A stretch of DNA of 64,000 bases from Eubacteriales bacterium (GTDB taxonomy: Bacteria; Bacillota; Clostridia; Oscillospirales; QAKW01), in assembly GCA_045541535.1 (NCBI GenBank), contig JAZQJG010000034.1, positions 13,780-77,779 on the forward strand, written 5' to 3'. A program made the translations under genes and the position numbers. Positions 46,120 through 54,792 of the stretch are shown here, in pieces (positions within the stretch are counted from its first letter, which is position 1; the number at the start of each line of letters is the position of its first letter). The notes beneath the pieces are model-generated. The model had not been told where the DNA came from. It saw only the letters and a program-made list of their open reading frames with translations, and searched no databases.

Positions 46120-46333
46120 AAAATAAAAAGTCATGGGCACACCTTATGCACCCATGACAGTATTTGTCAAACATAAGATAGCGCTCCACTTGTCGTGACA
46201 GTCTGCAACATATTTTGCAACAGACCAGCAAAAGCGGTACGAGCATACTCACTTCCACTTCGGCAAACAGTCCTTTCCCTTTTTTTGCTGCTCGGCTCAA
46301 TAAAAAGTTACTGATACGGTTTGCGCCTCTATC
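46120..46333 (-). promoter_or_regulatory. lysine riboswitch (L-box) with intrinsic-terminator expression platform
   Basis: The minus strand reads GATAGAGGCGC...TTGAGCCGAG...AGGGAAAGGA...TGCCGAAGTGG...ACTGTCACGACAAGTGGAGCGCTATC. All conserved L-box blocks are in canonical order, and P1 pairs GATAG with CTATC. A GTCATGGGTGC..GTGCCCATGAC hairpin plus TTTTTATTTT follows (46120-46158). CTTATG next to the P1 3' strand can pair with CATAAG in the terminator (an antiterminator). Confidence 0.9.
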
Positions 46334-46344
46334 AACTTGAACTT

Positions 46345-46374
46345 ACTCTAACATATTTGATACTTGTTTGTCAA
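46345..46374 (-). promoter_or_regulatory. candidate sigma-A promoter driving the lysine riboswitch and transporter
   Basis: Minus strand: TTGACA (46374-46369), 18-nt spacer, TG-extended TAGAGT (46350-45). About 10 nt upstream of the riboswitch P1. Confidence 0.5.
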
Positions 46375-46389
46375 TCATTTTTGAATTTT

Positions 46390-47199
46390 TTATGAATTTC
46401 TACAATTTCTGCGGTATTTGCTGGGCGTTTCACCCATAATTTTCAAAAAAGCACGATTAAAAGTGCGGGACGTGGCAAACCCGGAAGCTGATACGATATC
46501 CGTCATATTCAAATCCGTTTCACGCAAAAGTTTTGCGGCATGAGTCACTCGTAAAGAATTGACGTAATCGTTGAATTTTATCTTCAGTTTTTTGCTAAAG
46601 AGATGCGATATATAAAAACGGTTGATATGTAATTCTTTTTCCAACAGTTCCAGGGACAACTCTTCCGTATAGTTTGCAGCGCAAAAATTCAGCATTTGCT
46701 TCATTGCCGAAACCTCCGCCATCTTTTCCTCCGTGAATTCAAGACCCTGAAAAACAGCGGCCATTAGGGAAAGGATCAGTCCTTTTGCGGCAATGGTCTC
46801 AATTTCGGATAATTCTCTTCGGTCAAACTCAGCAATCTGAGGAAACAAACGCTCCACCTTTTCACGATCATATTGATTAGGATGCAAAACGTTGGATCTC
46901 GGTACGCAGTTTTTAAACCAAGAATTAAATTCCGGGCACAATTCATCCGGCAAGATCAACAGCCAGCTTTTCTCCGGTGAGGTTGTATCATACCGATGCA
47001 CTTGGTTTGGAAAAACGATAAATATGTCCCCTGCCTCCATACCATATTCCGTATCATCAACCCAAGCAGTAGTGTGACCGTAAGTCAAAAAAACAATTTC
47101 AACGTGAGAGTGTAAATGCGCACCAACCTCCAACATTGTTCTTTGACTGCATACAATATCATGTTTTTTATGTTCATATAAAATGCTGATTTCTTTCAT
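46390..47199 (-). CDS. AraC family transcriptional regulator (cupin sensor plus HTH)
   Basis: 269 aa. N-terminal cupin-like domain and a C-terminal double HTH (...SHLFSKKLKIKFNDYVN..., ...DIVSASGFATSRTFNRAF...). Confidence 0.8.
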   Translation of the reverse strand: MKEISILYEHKKHDIVCSQRTMLEVGAHLHSHVEIVFLTYGHTTAWVDDTEYGMEAGDIFIVFPNQVHRYDTTSPEKSWLLILPDELCPEFNSWFKNCVPRSNVLHPNQYDREKVERLFPQIAEFDRRELSEIETIAAKGLILSLMAAVFQGLEFTEEKMAEVSAMKQMLNFCAANYTEELSLELLEKELHINRFYISHLFSKKLKIKFNDYVNSLRVTHAAKLLRETDLNMTDIVSASGFATSRTFNRAFLKIMGETPSKYRRNCRNS

Positions 47200-47313
47200 T
47201 TATATACCCCAAAAACCAAAAATTGTCCTACTTTTTTCATTTTATGTCTTGAATTATACCATATTTTGTCTTATAATACAAGTAAATCTAACCATAAATT
47301 GGAGGAAAAGAAT

Positions 47314-48129
47314 ATGGCATTACCGGTAGCACTTCAGTTGTACAGCGTGAGAGATGATATGCAAGCAGATCTCGTCGGTACTCTGAAAAAAGTTAAGGAA
47401 ATGGGTTACGAAGGCGTTGAACTGGCAGGTATGTACAATTATACCGCTGCTGAAATCAAGGCTGAGCTGGATAAAGTCGGTTTGGTTGCGGTTTCCGCAC
47501 ACGTTCCGTTGCAATCCATGAGAAACGATATGGACAAAGTAATCGCTGATTACAAGACCATCGGTTGCAAGTACATGGTCGTCCCCTATCTGCCCGCAGA
47601 AGACAGAGCAACGGACGAAGATTTTGTAAAAGCAGTGGAAGACATTCGCGTTGCTTGTCAAAAAGCCACCGATGCAGGTTTTATTATGCTGTATCACAAC
47701 CATGACTTTGAGTTTGAAATGATCGGTGACAAATATCGTCTGGATTATCTCTACGAAAACATCCCCGCTTCCCTCTTGCAGACGCAGTTGGATCTGTGCT
47801 GGGTTAAGGTTGGCGGCGAGAATCCCGCAGAGTATCTGAAAAAGTATGCCGACAGAGCTCCTCTGGTTCATTTCAAAGATTTTGTAGGTCAGAAATCCGA
47901 CAGCATGTACGAGTTGATCGGCATTAAGTCCGAGCAGAAGAAAACCGAAGGTAAGTTTGAACTTCGTCCCGTCGGTTACGGCTGTCAGGATTGGTACAGC
48001 AACATCAAGGCTGTTGAAACCTCTATTGCCGAATGGGTCATCGTTGAGCAGGACAAGCCCACCATCGAGAAGACTCCGCTGGAATCCGCCGCTATGTCCA
48101 GAGCGTATCTGAAAACTTTGGGTTATTAA
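47314..48129 (+). CDS. sugar phosphate isomerase/epimerase (xylose-isomerase-like TIM barrel)
   Basis: ORF 47266..48129. Start placed at ATG 47314 (GGAGGA RBS), giving MALPVALQLYSVRDDM.... Typical AP-endonuclease-2/IolI-like barrel pattern. Confidence 0.8.
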   Translation: MALPVALQLYSVRDDMQADLVGTLKKVKEMGYEGVELAGMYNYTAAEIKAELDKVGLVAVSAHVPLQSMRNDMDKVIADYKTIGCKYMVVPYLPAEDRATDEDFVKAVEDIRVACQKATDAGFIMLYHNHDFEFEMIGDKYRLDYLYENIPASLLQTQLDLCWVKVGGENPAEYLKKYADRAPLVHFKDFVGQKSDSMYELIGIKSEQKKTEGKFELRPVGYGCQDWYSNIKAVETSIAEWVIVEQDKPTIEKTPLESAAMSRAYLKTLGY

Positions 48130-48157
48130 ATTTTTAAAATAAAAGGAGAACATCATC

Positions 48158-49315
48158 ATGGCAAGTTTAGACGATTACAAGAATCGCCCCACAACCGAAA
48201 CCGTTGTTGACGCCAGCAAAAGAGTCAGAATCGGTATCATCGGTACCGGCTGGATCGCCGAGTCTCACGTTGTTTCCTACAAGAATATGCCCGACGTAGA
48301 CATCGTAGCCGGTGCTGACCTCGTTCCCGGCAAAGCAAGAGCATTCTTTGACAAATTTGATCTTCCGGATGCAAAATGCTACAACTCTCACAAAGAGATG
48401 CTGGATGACGAGTCCCTGCAGTTGGATGCCGTCAGCGTATGTACCTACAACTGCACCCACGCAGAGTGTACCATTTACGCTCTGAAGAAAGGCATCCACG
48501 TAATGCTGGAGAAGCCCATGTGCGTCACCCTGGACGAAGCTGTTGAAATCATGCGCGCCGAAAAAGAGAGCGGCAAAGTTCTTTCCATCGGCTTCCAGCC
48601 CAGACTGGACGAAAACATGAAGATGATCAAAAAGATCGTTGAATCCGGCGAGCTGGGCGACATCTACTACATCCAGACCGGCGGCGGCCGTCGTCGTGGC
48701 ATTCCCACCCCCTACGGCACCACCTTCATTGAGAAAGATACCGGCGGCATCGGCGCTTTGGGCGACATCGGTTGCTACTCTCTGGATATGGTTCTTAACG
48801 CCATCGGCTATCCCAAGCCTCTGACTGTTTCCGGTTATAAGAGTGACTTCTTCGGCAAACGTCCCAGCTATTATCCCACTCATCCCGAGTACGCCGAGAA
48901 ATTCGGTGTTGATGACTTCGCCGCAGCATTCATTCGTCTGGAAGGCGGCATCATTCTGGACTTCAGAATTGCATGGGCTATGAATATGGACACTCCCGGT
49001 GACACCATCATCCTCGGTACCAAGGGCGGTCTGAGAATCCCCTCCACCGAGTGCTGGAACGGCTCCGTTGGCGGTCCCATGAAGATCTACCACGAAGTTT
49101 GCGGCGAGCAGGTCGAGACCGAGATCCCGATCATCAAGCCCGGCAAGATGAACAACTTCGAAAAGAAGATCCGCACCTTCCTGGATGCTTGCAAGAACGG
49201 CACTCCCGCTCCTGTTCCCACCTCTCAAATCATTTACAACCAGGCTATCATTGACGGTATTGCAAAATCCGCTGCCCTGGGTCGTGAGATTGAGATTGAA
49301 ATTCCCGAAATCTAA
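48158..49315 (+). CDS. Gfo/Idh/MocA family NAD(P)-dependent oxidoreductase
   Basis: 385 aa. Rossmann motif RIGIIGTGWIAESH and EKP motif (MLEKPM). Confidence 0.85.
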   Translation: MASLDDYKNRPTTETVVDASKRVRIGIIGTGWIAESHVVSYKNMPDVDIVAGADLVPGKARAFFDKFDLPDAKCYNSHKEMLDDESLQLDAVSVCTYNCTHAECTIYALKKGIHVMLEKPMCVTLDEAVEIMRAEKESGKVLSIGFQPRLDENMKMIKKIVESGELGDIYYIQTGGGRRRGIPTPYGTTFIEKDTGGIGALGDIGCYSLDMVLNAIGYPKPLTVSGYKSDFFGKRPSYYPTHPEYAEKFGVDDFAAAFIRLEGGIILDFRIAWAMNMDTPGDTIILGTKGGLRIPSTECWNGSVGGPMKIYHEVCGEQVETEIPIIKPGKMNNFEKKIRTFLDACKNGTPAPVPTSQIIYNQAIIDGIAKSAALGREIEIEIPEI

Positions 49316-49318
49316 CAT

Positions 49319-49355
49319 TAAAAATGACCTGCACGTTGTGCAGGTCATTTTTTAT
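49319..49355. terminator. bidirectional intrinsic terminator (oxidoreductase gene / DUF4830-like gene)
   Basis: AAAAATGACCTGCAC-gtt-GTGCAGGTCATTTTTTATTT between convergent genes. Confidence 0.85.
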
Positions 49356-49816
49356 TTACTTGCTTTCAAAGCTTTGGTAAAGCCGCCAAGCGTGGTGGAA
49401 GATACGTCCCCACCGATGATTTTTCCGTCCAGTACAATCAAATTTACAACCACATCTTCTTTTACATCTTCATAGCTCAATAGCTTAAACGTGTGTTTCT
49501 TGGCAGATTTCCCTGCATAAGCAGAGAGATCAAAGCCTCCTTCTTTTTGCAGTTCATTATAGGCTGTATATTTTTCATCAAACTCTGCCGGTATCACGAT
49601 TTCTTCCACAAGTAAAGCGTTTGGTGCCACCGTGTGCCCGATGGATGCAAGATATTCCACCATTTCCTTTTCCCCTTGCATTTCGCCGGAAGCCCCACTA
49701 TTCGTAGCCGTATCCGGCAACATCAAAAATACCAGCGTAAGCGAGAGACATAGAGCTGCAATTCCACTCAAAACTCTTGTTTTATTTAATTTAAACGAAC
49801 AAATAAACACATTCAA
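49352..49816 (-). CDS. hypothetical membrane-anchored protein (DUF4830-like)
   Basis: 154 aa. N-terminal anchor, then ...IPAEFDEKYTAYNELQKEGGFDLSAYAGK...IIGGDV..., which resembles my recollection of DUF4830. Confidence 0.5.
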   Translation of the reverse strand: MNVFICSFKLNKTRVLSGIAALCLSLTLVFLMLPDTATNSGASGEMQGEKEMVEYLASIGHTVAPNALLVEEIVIPAEFDEKYTAYNELQKEGGFDLSAYAGKSAKKHTFKLLSYEDVKEDVVVNLIVLDGKIIGGDVSSTTLGGFTKALKASK

Positions 49817-49900
49817 CTCTCCTTTTCATACTCTGCTAATACATATGAAAAGGCAAAAAAATATAGAACAACGCCTCCGAAAATCCGGAGGCGTTGTATA

Positions 49901-51967
49901 TTAGTCATTCTTTTGGTTTTCTTTAACAACCTTATCAATGATGTTGGCAGGCGCTTCTCTGTACTCCAGGAAATCATATACGAAAGTGGCACGACCGTGA
50001 GTCATACTCCGCAAACTCATTGCATAGTCATTCATTTCGCTCATCGGAACATCAGCCTCAACGATCTTTCTTGCATACTCAGGAGCCGCATCCATTGAAA
50101 GCACCTGACCACGACGCTTATTAATATCGCCGATAATATCACCCATCAAAGCATCACTGACGTTAACTGCCAGACGGCCAATGGGCTCCAACATAGTGGG
50201 AGAAGCCTGTTTCATACCCTCTTTAAAGGCGATAGAAGCCGCGATCTTAAAGGCCATTTCAGAAGAATCTACAGGATGATAGGAACCATCCAGCAACGTC
50301 GCTTTGATGCCGGTAACGGGATAACCCGCCAACACACCGGATTGCACGCTTTCACGAAGTCCCTTCTCAACGGCAGGAAAATAATTCTTGGGAACGGAGC
50401 CGCCGAATACGGTTTCTTCAAACACGAACTCTTCTGCAGAAGGCTCAAACTCAATCCAAACGTGACCGTACTGGCCGTGGCCGCCGGATTGCTTCTTATG
50501 CTTACCTTCCACTTTAACCTTCTTACGGATGGTTTCACGGTAGGCAACTTTGGCATCGCTGAGTGCAACCTTAACGGAAAATGGCTTATCTGCCAAACGA
50601 TTGATCAAAATATCAAGCTGGGTATCACCCATACCGTAAATAACGGTTTGCTTGGTTTCTTTATTATTGACCAGCTTCAACGTAGGATCCTGCTCGATCA
50701 TACGCATAATGCCGGAGGTCATACGTTCCTCCTCGCCTTTCGTAACGGGAGCAATGGCACGCACGTAGTTGGGTGTGGGGAATTTGATCTCAGGCATATC
50801 GTAATGTGAGCCCTTGGCGCGCAAAACGTCGCCTGTAGCGGCATCCAGCTTCGCAACCACACCGATATCACCGGCGCAGATATCTTCTACCTCGATCTGT
50901 TTTTTGCCCATAGGAACAGCGATTTTGGAGAATTTCTCTTTTGTATCGTCTGCAACATTATTCAAAATATCATCCTTGTTCAAGGTACCGGAAATCACTT
51001 TAAAGAAAGACAGTTTGCCAACAAAGGGGTCCACGATCGTTTTGAAAATATGAATCGCAGCAGGTCTGCCTTCATTATAATACAGTTGTACGGGCTTGTC
51101 GGAATCTTCAACCAAGCCGGGACTTTCGGCATCGTGAACGGTGGGCATATAATCCACGAAGAAATCGGCCAGCTGCTGAATGCCGAACATCGTACCGGGC
51201 ACACCGCAAATCACCGGGAACAACAAACGTTGTGCAATGGCGGCACGGGTACCTTCCAAAATTTCTTCGTCAGTAAACTCTTCGCTATCAAAATACTTCA
51301 TAAGCAGTTCGTCACTGGTTTCGGCGATCAGCTCTCTGAGTTTATCTTTATAAAGCGCAACGTTATCTGCCATATCAGCAGGAATATCCATTACTTCCGT
51401 CTTACCGTCAACACAGCGAACAGCCGTTTCCTTCAATATGTCAACAATACCCACCGGTTTACCGTTTTCAAAGATAGGCAACCAAACGGGACAAATCTGA
51501 TTGGTTCTGAATTTTTCATTAAGCTGATCCAGAATAGAATAAAAATCAGCATGCTCGTCATCCAGAAAAGATACGTAAAACGCCTTGGCTTTTTTCAGTC
51601 TGCGGGTAAGACCCACGGCCTTCTCGGCACCAACCGAAACACTCTGTTTTGCAGAAACAACGATCAGCGCGGCATCAGCGGCAGTAGCAGCAGAAATGTT
51701 TTCGCCTTCAAAATCATAGAAACCGGGACTATCAATCAGATTGATCTTGGTATTCTTATGCTCAACGTGAGCAACAGACAGGGTAACCGTGGTTTTACGA
51801 CGAATTTCTTCAGGGTCATAGTCACATACGGTATTTCCCTGAGCAACCGTTCCGAAACGGTCGGTTTTACCGTTCCAATATAAAAGGGTTTCAACGAGGG
51901 TGGTCTTACCGTTCCCCCGATGCCCCAAAAAGCAGATGTTTCGAATGTCTTTGGCAGTATAGATCAT
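49901..51967 (-). CDS. elongation factor G paralogue (EF-G II / EF-G-2-like)
   Basis: ORF 49901..52021. Start placed at ATG 51967 (AAAGGAG RBS). P-loop GHRGNGKTT, G3 DSPGFYDF and EF-G domain IV motif KKQSGGHGQYGHVWIEFEP. The G4 position reads FLDD instead of N/TKxD. Confidence 0.85.
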   Translation of the reverse strand: MIYTAKDIRNICFLGHRGNGKTTLVETLLYWNGKTDRFGTVAQGNTVCDYDPEEIRRKTTVTLSVAHVEHKNTKINLIDSPGFYDFEGENISAATAADAALIVVSAKQSVSVGAEKAVGLTRRLKKAKAFYVSFLDDEHADFYSILDQLNEKFRTNQICPVWLPIFENGKPVGIVDILKETAVRCVDGKTEVMDIPADMADNVALYKDKLRELIAETSDELLMKYFDSEEFTDEEILEGTRAAIAQRLLFPVICGVPGTMFGIQQLADFFVDYMPTVHDAESPGLVEDSDKPVQLYYNEGRPAAIHIFKTIVDPFVGKLSFFKVISGTLNKDDILNNVADDTKEKFSKIAVPMGKKQIEVEDICAGDIGVVAKLDAATGDVLRAKGSHYDMPEIKFPTPNYVRAIAPVTKGEEERMTSGIMRMIEQDPTLKLVNNKETKQTVIYGMGDTQLDILINRLADKPFSVKVALSDAKVAYRETIRKKVKVEGKHKKQSGGHGQYGHVWIEFEPSAEEFVFEETVFGGSVPKNYFPAVEKGLRESVQSGVLAGYPVTGIKATLLDGSYHPVDSSEMAFKIAASIAFKEGMKQASPTMLEPIGRLAVNVSDALMGDIIGDINKRRGQVLSMDAAPEYARKIVEADVPMSEMNDYAMSLRSMTHGRATFVYDFLEYREAPANIIDKVVKENQKND

Positions 51968-52092
51968 AACGCCGGCTCCTTTCAAGAATAAAAATTGTAC
52001 AATTGTACCAAATATTTTCAAGGTTTTTGAAAATCTTTATTTCATTTTATAACAAAAATCAAAAGAATGCAAGAAATATTTGTAAAATATAT

Positions 52093-52127
52093 AAAAAAGA
52101 ATACGAGCGACAGGGTCACTCGTATTC
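52093..52127 (-). terminator. intrinsic terminator after the degenerate P-type-ATPase-like gene
   Basis: GAATACGAG...CTCGTATTC stem followed by TTTTTTAT on the minus strand. Confidence 0.8.
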
Positions 52128-52132
52128 TAAAA

Positions 52133-54781
52133 CTAAATTTTTATCCGTAGTGCACGGAAAATATTAGGCAAATTCCACAGAACGTGGTACAAAAGTATTT
52201 GAACAGGAAGCATCGCCAAATTGTCCGCGCCCAATAACATTATGGTAGCAACAGCCATAACGCCAAAGATCGACGCCGTCACCCGATAGGCCACGTGACA
52301 GGCACAGCAAGAAAGCAATTTGTTGCATCCCGCCAAGCCAAACGCCATACCATGAATACGATCATAAGTAACAATATCAGCGGAAGCCTTGGGCACCTCA
52401 CCACAGCAACGGCCGCACGCTTCAGCAGTTTCGGCAGATAAAATTGTGATGATTTCCGGATCGTCTACGACCGAAGCAAAGGTATCCTCTCGCAAGTTAA
52501 AGTCCTTGCTGATAATTGCGACGGAAATACCCTCTTCCTCCAGCAATCTCAACGCGCGAGCGCTCTTGGCCGAGACCCTATAGGACACGCCGAACACACC
52601 GGCCAATGCATTGTCAATCACGACGTAAATCATTTGCACGTCATCACCTTGCTTTAATTCCGGCGCCTCAATATGAAGTTCTCGCATAAACTCGGCATTG
52701 CCTACCGCCATACGACTGTCGTTAACAGAAAACGTGTATCCAAGTTGCTCGTGATAGTAAGGCTCGTATACCACAGGAAATTCAAAATCAGACTCATCTT
52801 CCAAAATCTTTGCAAAAAAGCCGTCCAGAGGCCCGCCAACCTTACGAAACAGCGAAGTTAAGGCCAAAAGAATTTCCGTAACATTATATCCGCCCTTGAT
52901 CTGCATACCGCATAGGCCGATATCGTCACAAGAAATAAGATCCGTATCCTCCACAACCAACACACCGCTATCAGACATTGCCACAGCGCCTTCTCTGCCG
53001 GAAATCATCGTGTTGTTACGCCGCAGAAATACACCCAACTTGTATATATACAAGGTGTGTGACCACGCTGAAAATACAACCGACGCCACACAAACAAGCG
53101 CCATTTCCATTACCACAAGGGTTGCAAGAGGAAGCAATTTAAAGAGCCAGGAGGTCAATCCAAAGAATACGATCACCGCAAACAAAACGAAAGTGAACTT
53201 ATCCACCTTGCTATTCAGATTTTCCTCGCCAAAAGCGCGGTTCAAATAATTTGAAACGGTTTTGGTGCGAGCGGTATACAGTACGTCTCCCCCGCTGCCC
53301 GTTTCTACCATAACGTCATTATCAACCGCACTGCTCTTGGGCCGACCAATCGCCGCCTTAACTTTTTCTTCAGAAATGGTTTCAAAATTACAATAGATAT
53401 GTTTTACAAGCAACCGCTTGGCAATGAGATTCATCAAGATGCTCAGGCCAAGGAAAAAATCAAAAGAAATACATACCGCCGCATACTTTTCGGGATTGAG
53501 CAAGAAATACAAATTATAAATGACAGATGCAAAACCGAGTACGAGACTGACACCATCCGGCGTAAGTCGACCATGTAATAGCTTTTTAATACTATCCAGC
53601 ATCGGACTGATATTTAAAACCACAAACAATACACTGACCGCAAGAGAAACCAGGCAATAGTTGACAGGGTTTTCCAGCGGGCTGATCTGAACGGGTACAA
53701 TTGCAGAAAATTGCTCAAACAATCCAAGGAAAAGATATACACTACCCAAGAAAAGTACACCCATCAACACGATTTTGACGGTGATTTTATTTAAAAGTGA
53801 TTTAAGTCCGGACAGCACGTCTTCCCGCTCTTCAATAGAGGAATATTCTTCTATCACCCGAGGTCTGCTTTGGGATTCGGAAGAATCATCTTCTTCCTTT
53901 AACTTGACGGGCATTTCTTGCTGTTTTGGCTGTTCTTCAACAAAATCCGTAACCGGTGTTTCTACAGTTTCAGGCTCCGGCTCCACAGGTGTTTCAGCAG
54001 GCTCTACCGGCTTGGGATTTACAAAATCAGCAAACTTTTGCTTTGTGCCATCACTTTTGGCTTTCACTTCATCAAAAGCGGCAACGTTAAACTTAAATTC
54101 GGTTTTCTCCGGCTTTGGATCTTCCTTTACAACGGAAACCGGCTCTTCTGTGACATCCTCCGTTAAATCAACAACTGCCACGGCAGGTTCAACAAATAAA
54201 GGTGTCTCTTCAGTCACAGAATCATCCGCAAACAGAATATCATCCGCAGGAACTTCCAAAGGTAAATGCTCCGATTCCTCAAATTCACCACCCAAATCAA
54301 ACAAAATAGTGGCTTCCGTCGCTTTCGGTTGTTGCAACGTCTCCTCTTTGTCATCGTTTGGCGCCACCAACGGTTCAGTCGGCAGATCCATTACAAAAGA
54401 AAATTCTGCATCAGGGGATTTCTCTTCCTCACGCACAGGAGTCTCCACAAAAACGGGAACGTCAGAAAACACAGGCTTTTCCACTTCTATTTGAGGCGCC
54501 GCAATCGCAGGAGTGTCTTCCAATTGTTCTTCTTTAACCTCTTGCGCTAATTTTTCTGCAGGAACTATTTCCGGAGCCTTATGATTTACCATTTTAGGTT
54601 CAGACGTTACAGCCGGTGCTTTATCCACAACTTTTTCGGTTTTAACGTCGGCAGGTATTGTCTCTGTCTCAATCTCGGGAGCAGACGTGCCCAGAATATC
54701 ATCCAGATCAAAAGAGGAATCTTCGGGATAATCATATTGTCCGAGATCAAGGATATCGTCTAAATTGAATTTATCACTCAT
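52133..54781 (-). CDS. P1B-type ATPase-like membrane protein with all catalytic motifs lost, fused to a ~330-aa acidic disordered N-terminal region
   Basis: 882 aa. Residues ~340-882 show a TM - small loop domain - TM - large cytoplasmic domain - TM layout, colinear with heavy-metal P-type ATPases (...MAVGNAEFMRE..., ...LAGVFGVSYRVSAKSARALRLLEEEGISVAIIS...). DKTGT is replaced by EDTDL, TGD by SKD and GDGxND by TYDRIHG. The RBS AGGAGG overlaps the rlmB stop. Confidence 0.6.
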   Translation of the reverse strand: MSDKFNLDDILDLGQYDYPEDSSFDLDDILGTSAPEIETETIPADVKTEKVVDKAPAVTSEPKMVNHKAPEIVPAEKLAQEVKEEQLEDTPAIAAPQIEVEKPVFSDVPVFVETPVREEEKSPDAEFSFVMDLPTEPLVAPNDDKEETLQQPKATEATILFDLGGEFEESEHLPLEVPADDILFADDSVTEETPLFVEPAVAVVDLTEDVTEEPVSVVKEDPKPEKTEFKFNVAAFDEVKAKSDGTKQKFADFVNPKPVEPAETPVEPEPETVETPVTDFVEEQPKQQEMPVKLKEEDDSSESQSRPRVIEEYSSIEEREDVLSGLKSLLNKITVKIVLMGVLFLGSVYLFLGLFEQFSAIVPVQISPLENPVNYCLVSLAVSVLFVVLNISPMLDSIKKLLHGRLTPDGVSLVLGFASVIYNLYFLLNPEKYAAVCISFDFFLGLSILMNLIAKRLLVKHIYCNFETISEEKVKAAIGRPKSSAVDNDVMVETGSGGDVLYTARTKTVSNYLNRAFGEENLNSKVDKFTFVLFAVIVFFGLTSWLFKLLPLATLVVMEMALVCVASVVFSAWSHTLYIYKLGVFLRRNNTMISGREGAVAMSDSGVLVVEDTDLISCDDIGLCGMQIKGGYNVTEILLALTSLFRKVGGPLDGFFAKILEDESDFEFPVVYEPYYHEQLGYTFSVNDSRMAVGNAEFMRELHIEAPELKQGDDVQMIYVVIDNALAGVFGVSYRVSAKSARALRLLEEEGISVAIISKDFNLREDTFASVVDDPEIITILSAETAEACGRCCGEVPKASADIVTYDRIHGMAFGLAGCNKLLSCCACHVAYRVTASIFGVMAVATIMLLGADNLAMLPVQILLYHVLWNLPNIFRALRIKI

Positions 54782-54792
54782 AAGTCAACCTC

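Noticed and set aside
46013-46300. 95-aa minus-strand ORF upstream of and overlapping the transporter gene start
   Set aside because: It lies entirely over the lysine riboswitch and its terminator. The RNA element explains the sequence conservation pattern, and there is no RBS.
47320-49348. 279-aa and 393-aa minus-strand ORFs covering the isomerase and oxidoreductase genes
   Set aside because: Same shadow-ORF effect. The plus-strand frames carry the Rossmann GxGxxA/G and TIM-barrel patterns and good RBSs. The antisense products are featureless.
53775-54494. 239-aa Ser/Thr-rich plus-strand ORF, and other small ORFs, opposite the acidic N-terminal region of the 882-aa protein
   Set aside because: It is the complement of GAx/GAA-rich acidic codons. 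The 882-aa minus-strand frame is continuous with the membrane domain and has a perfect RBS.
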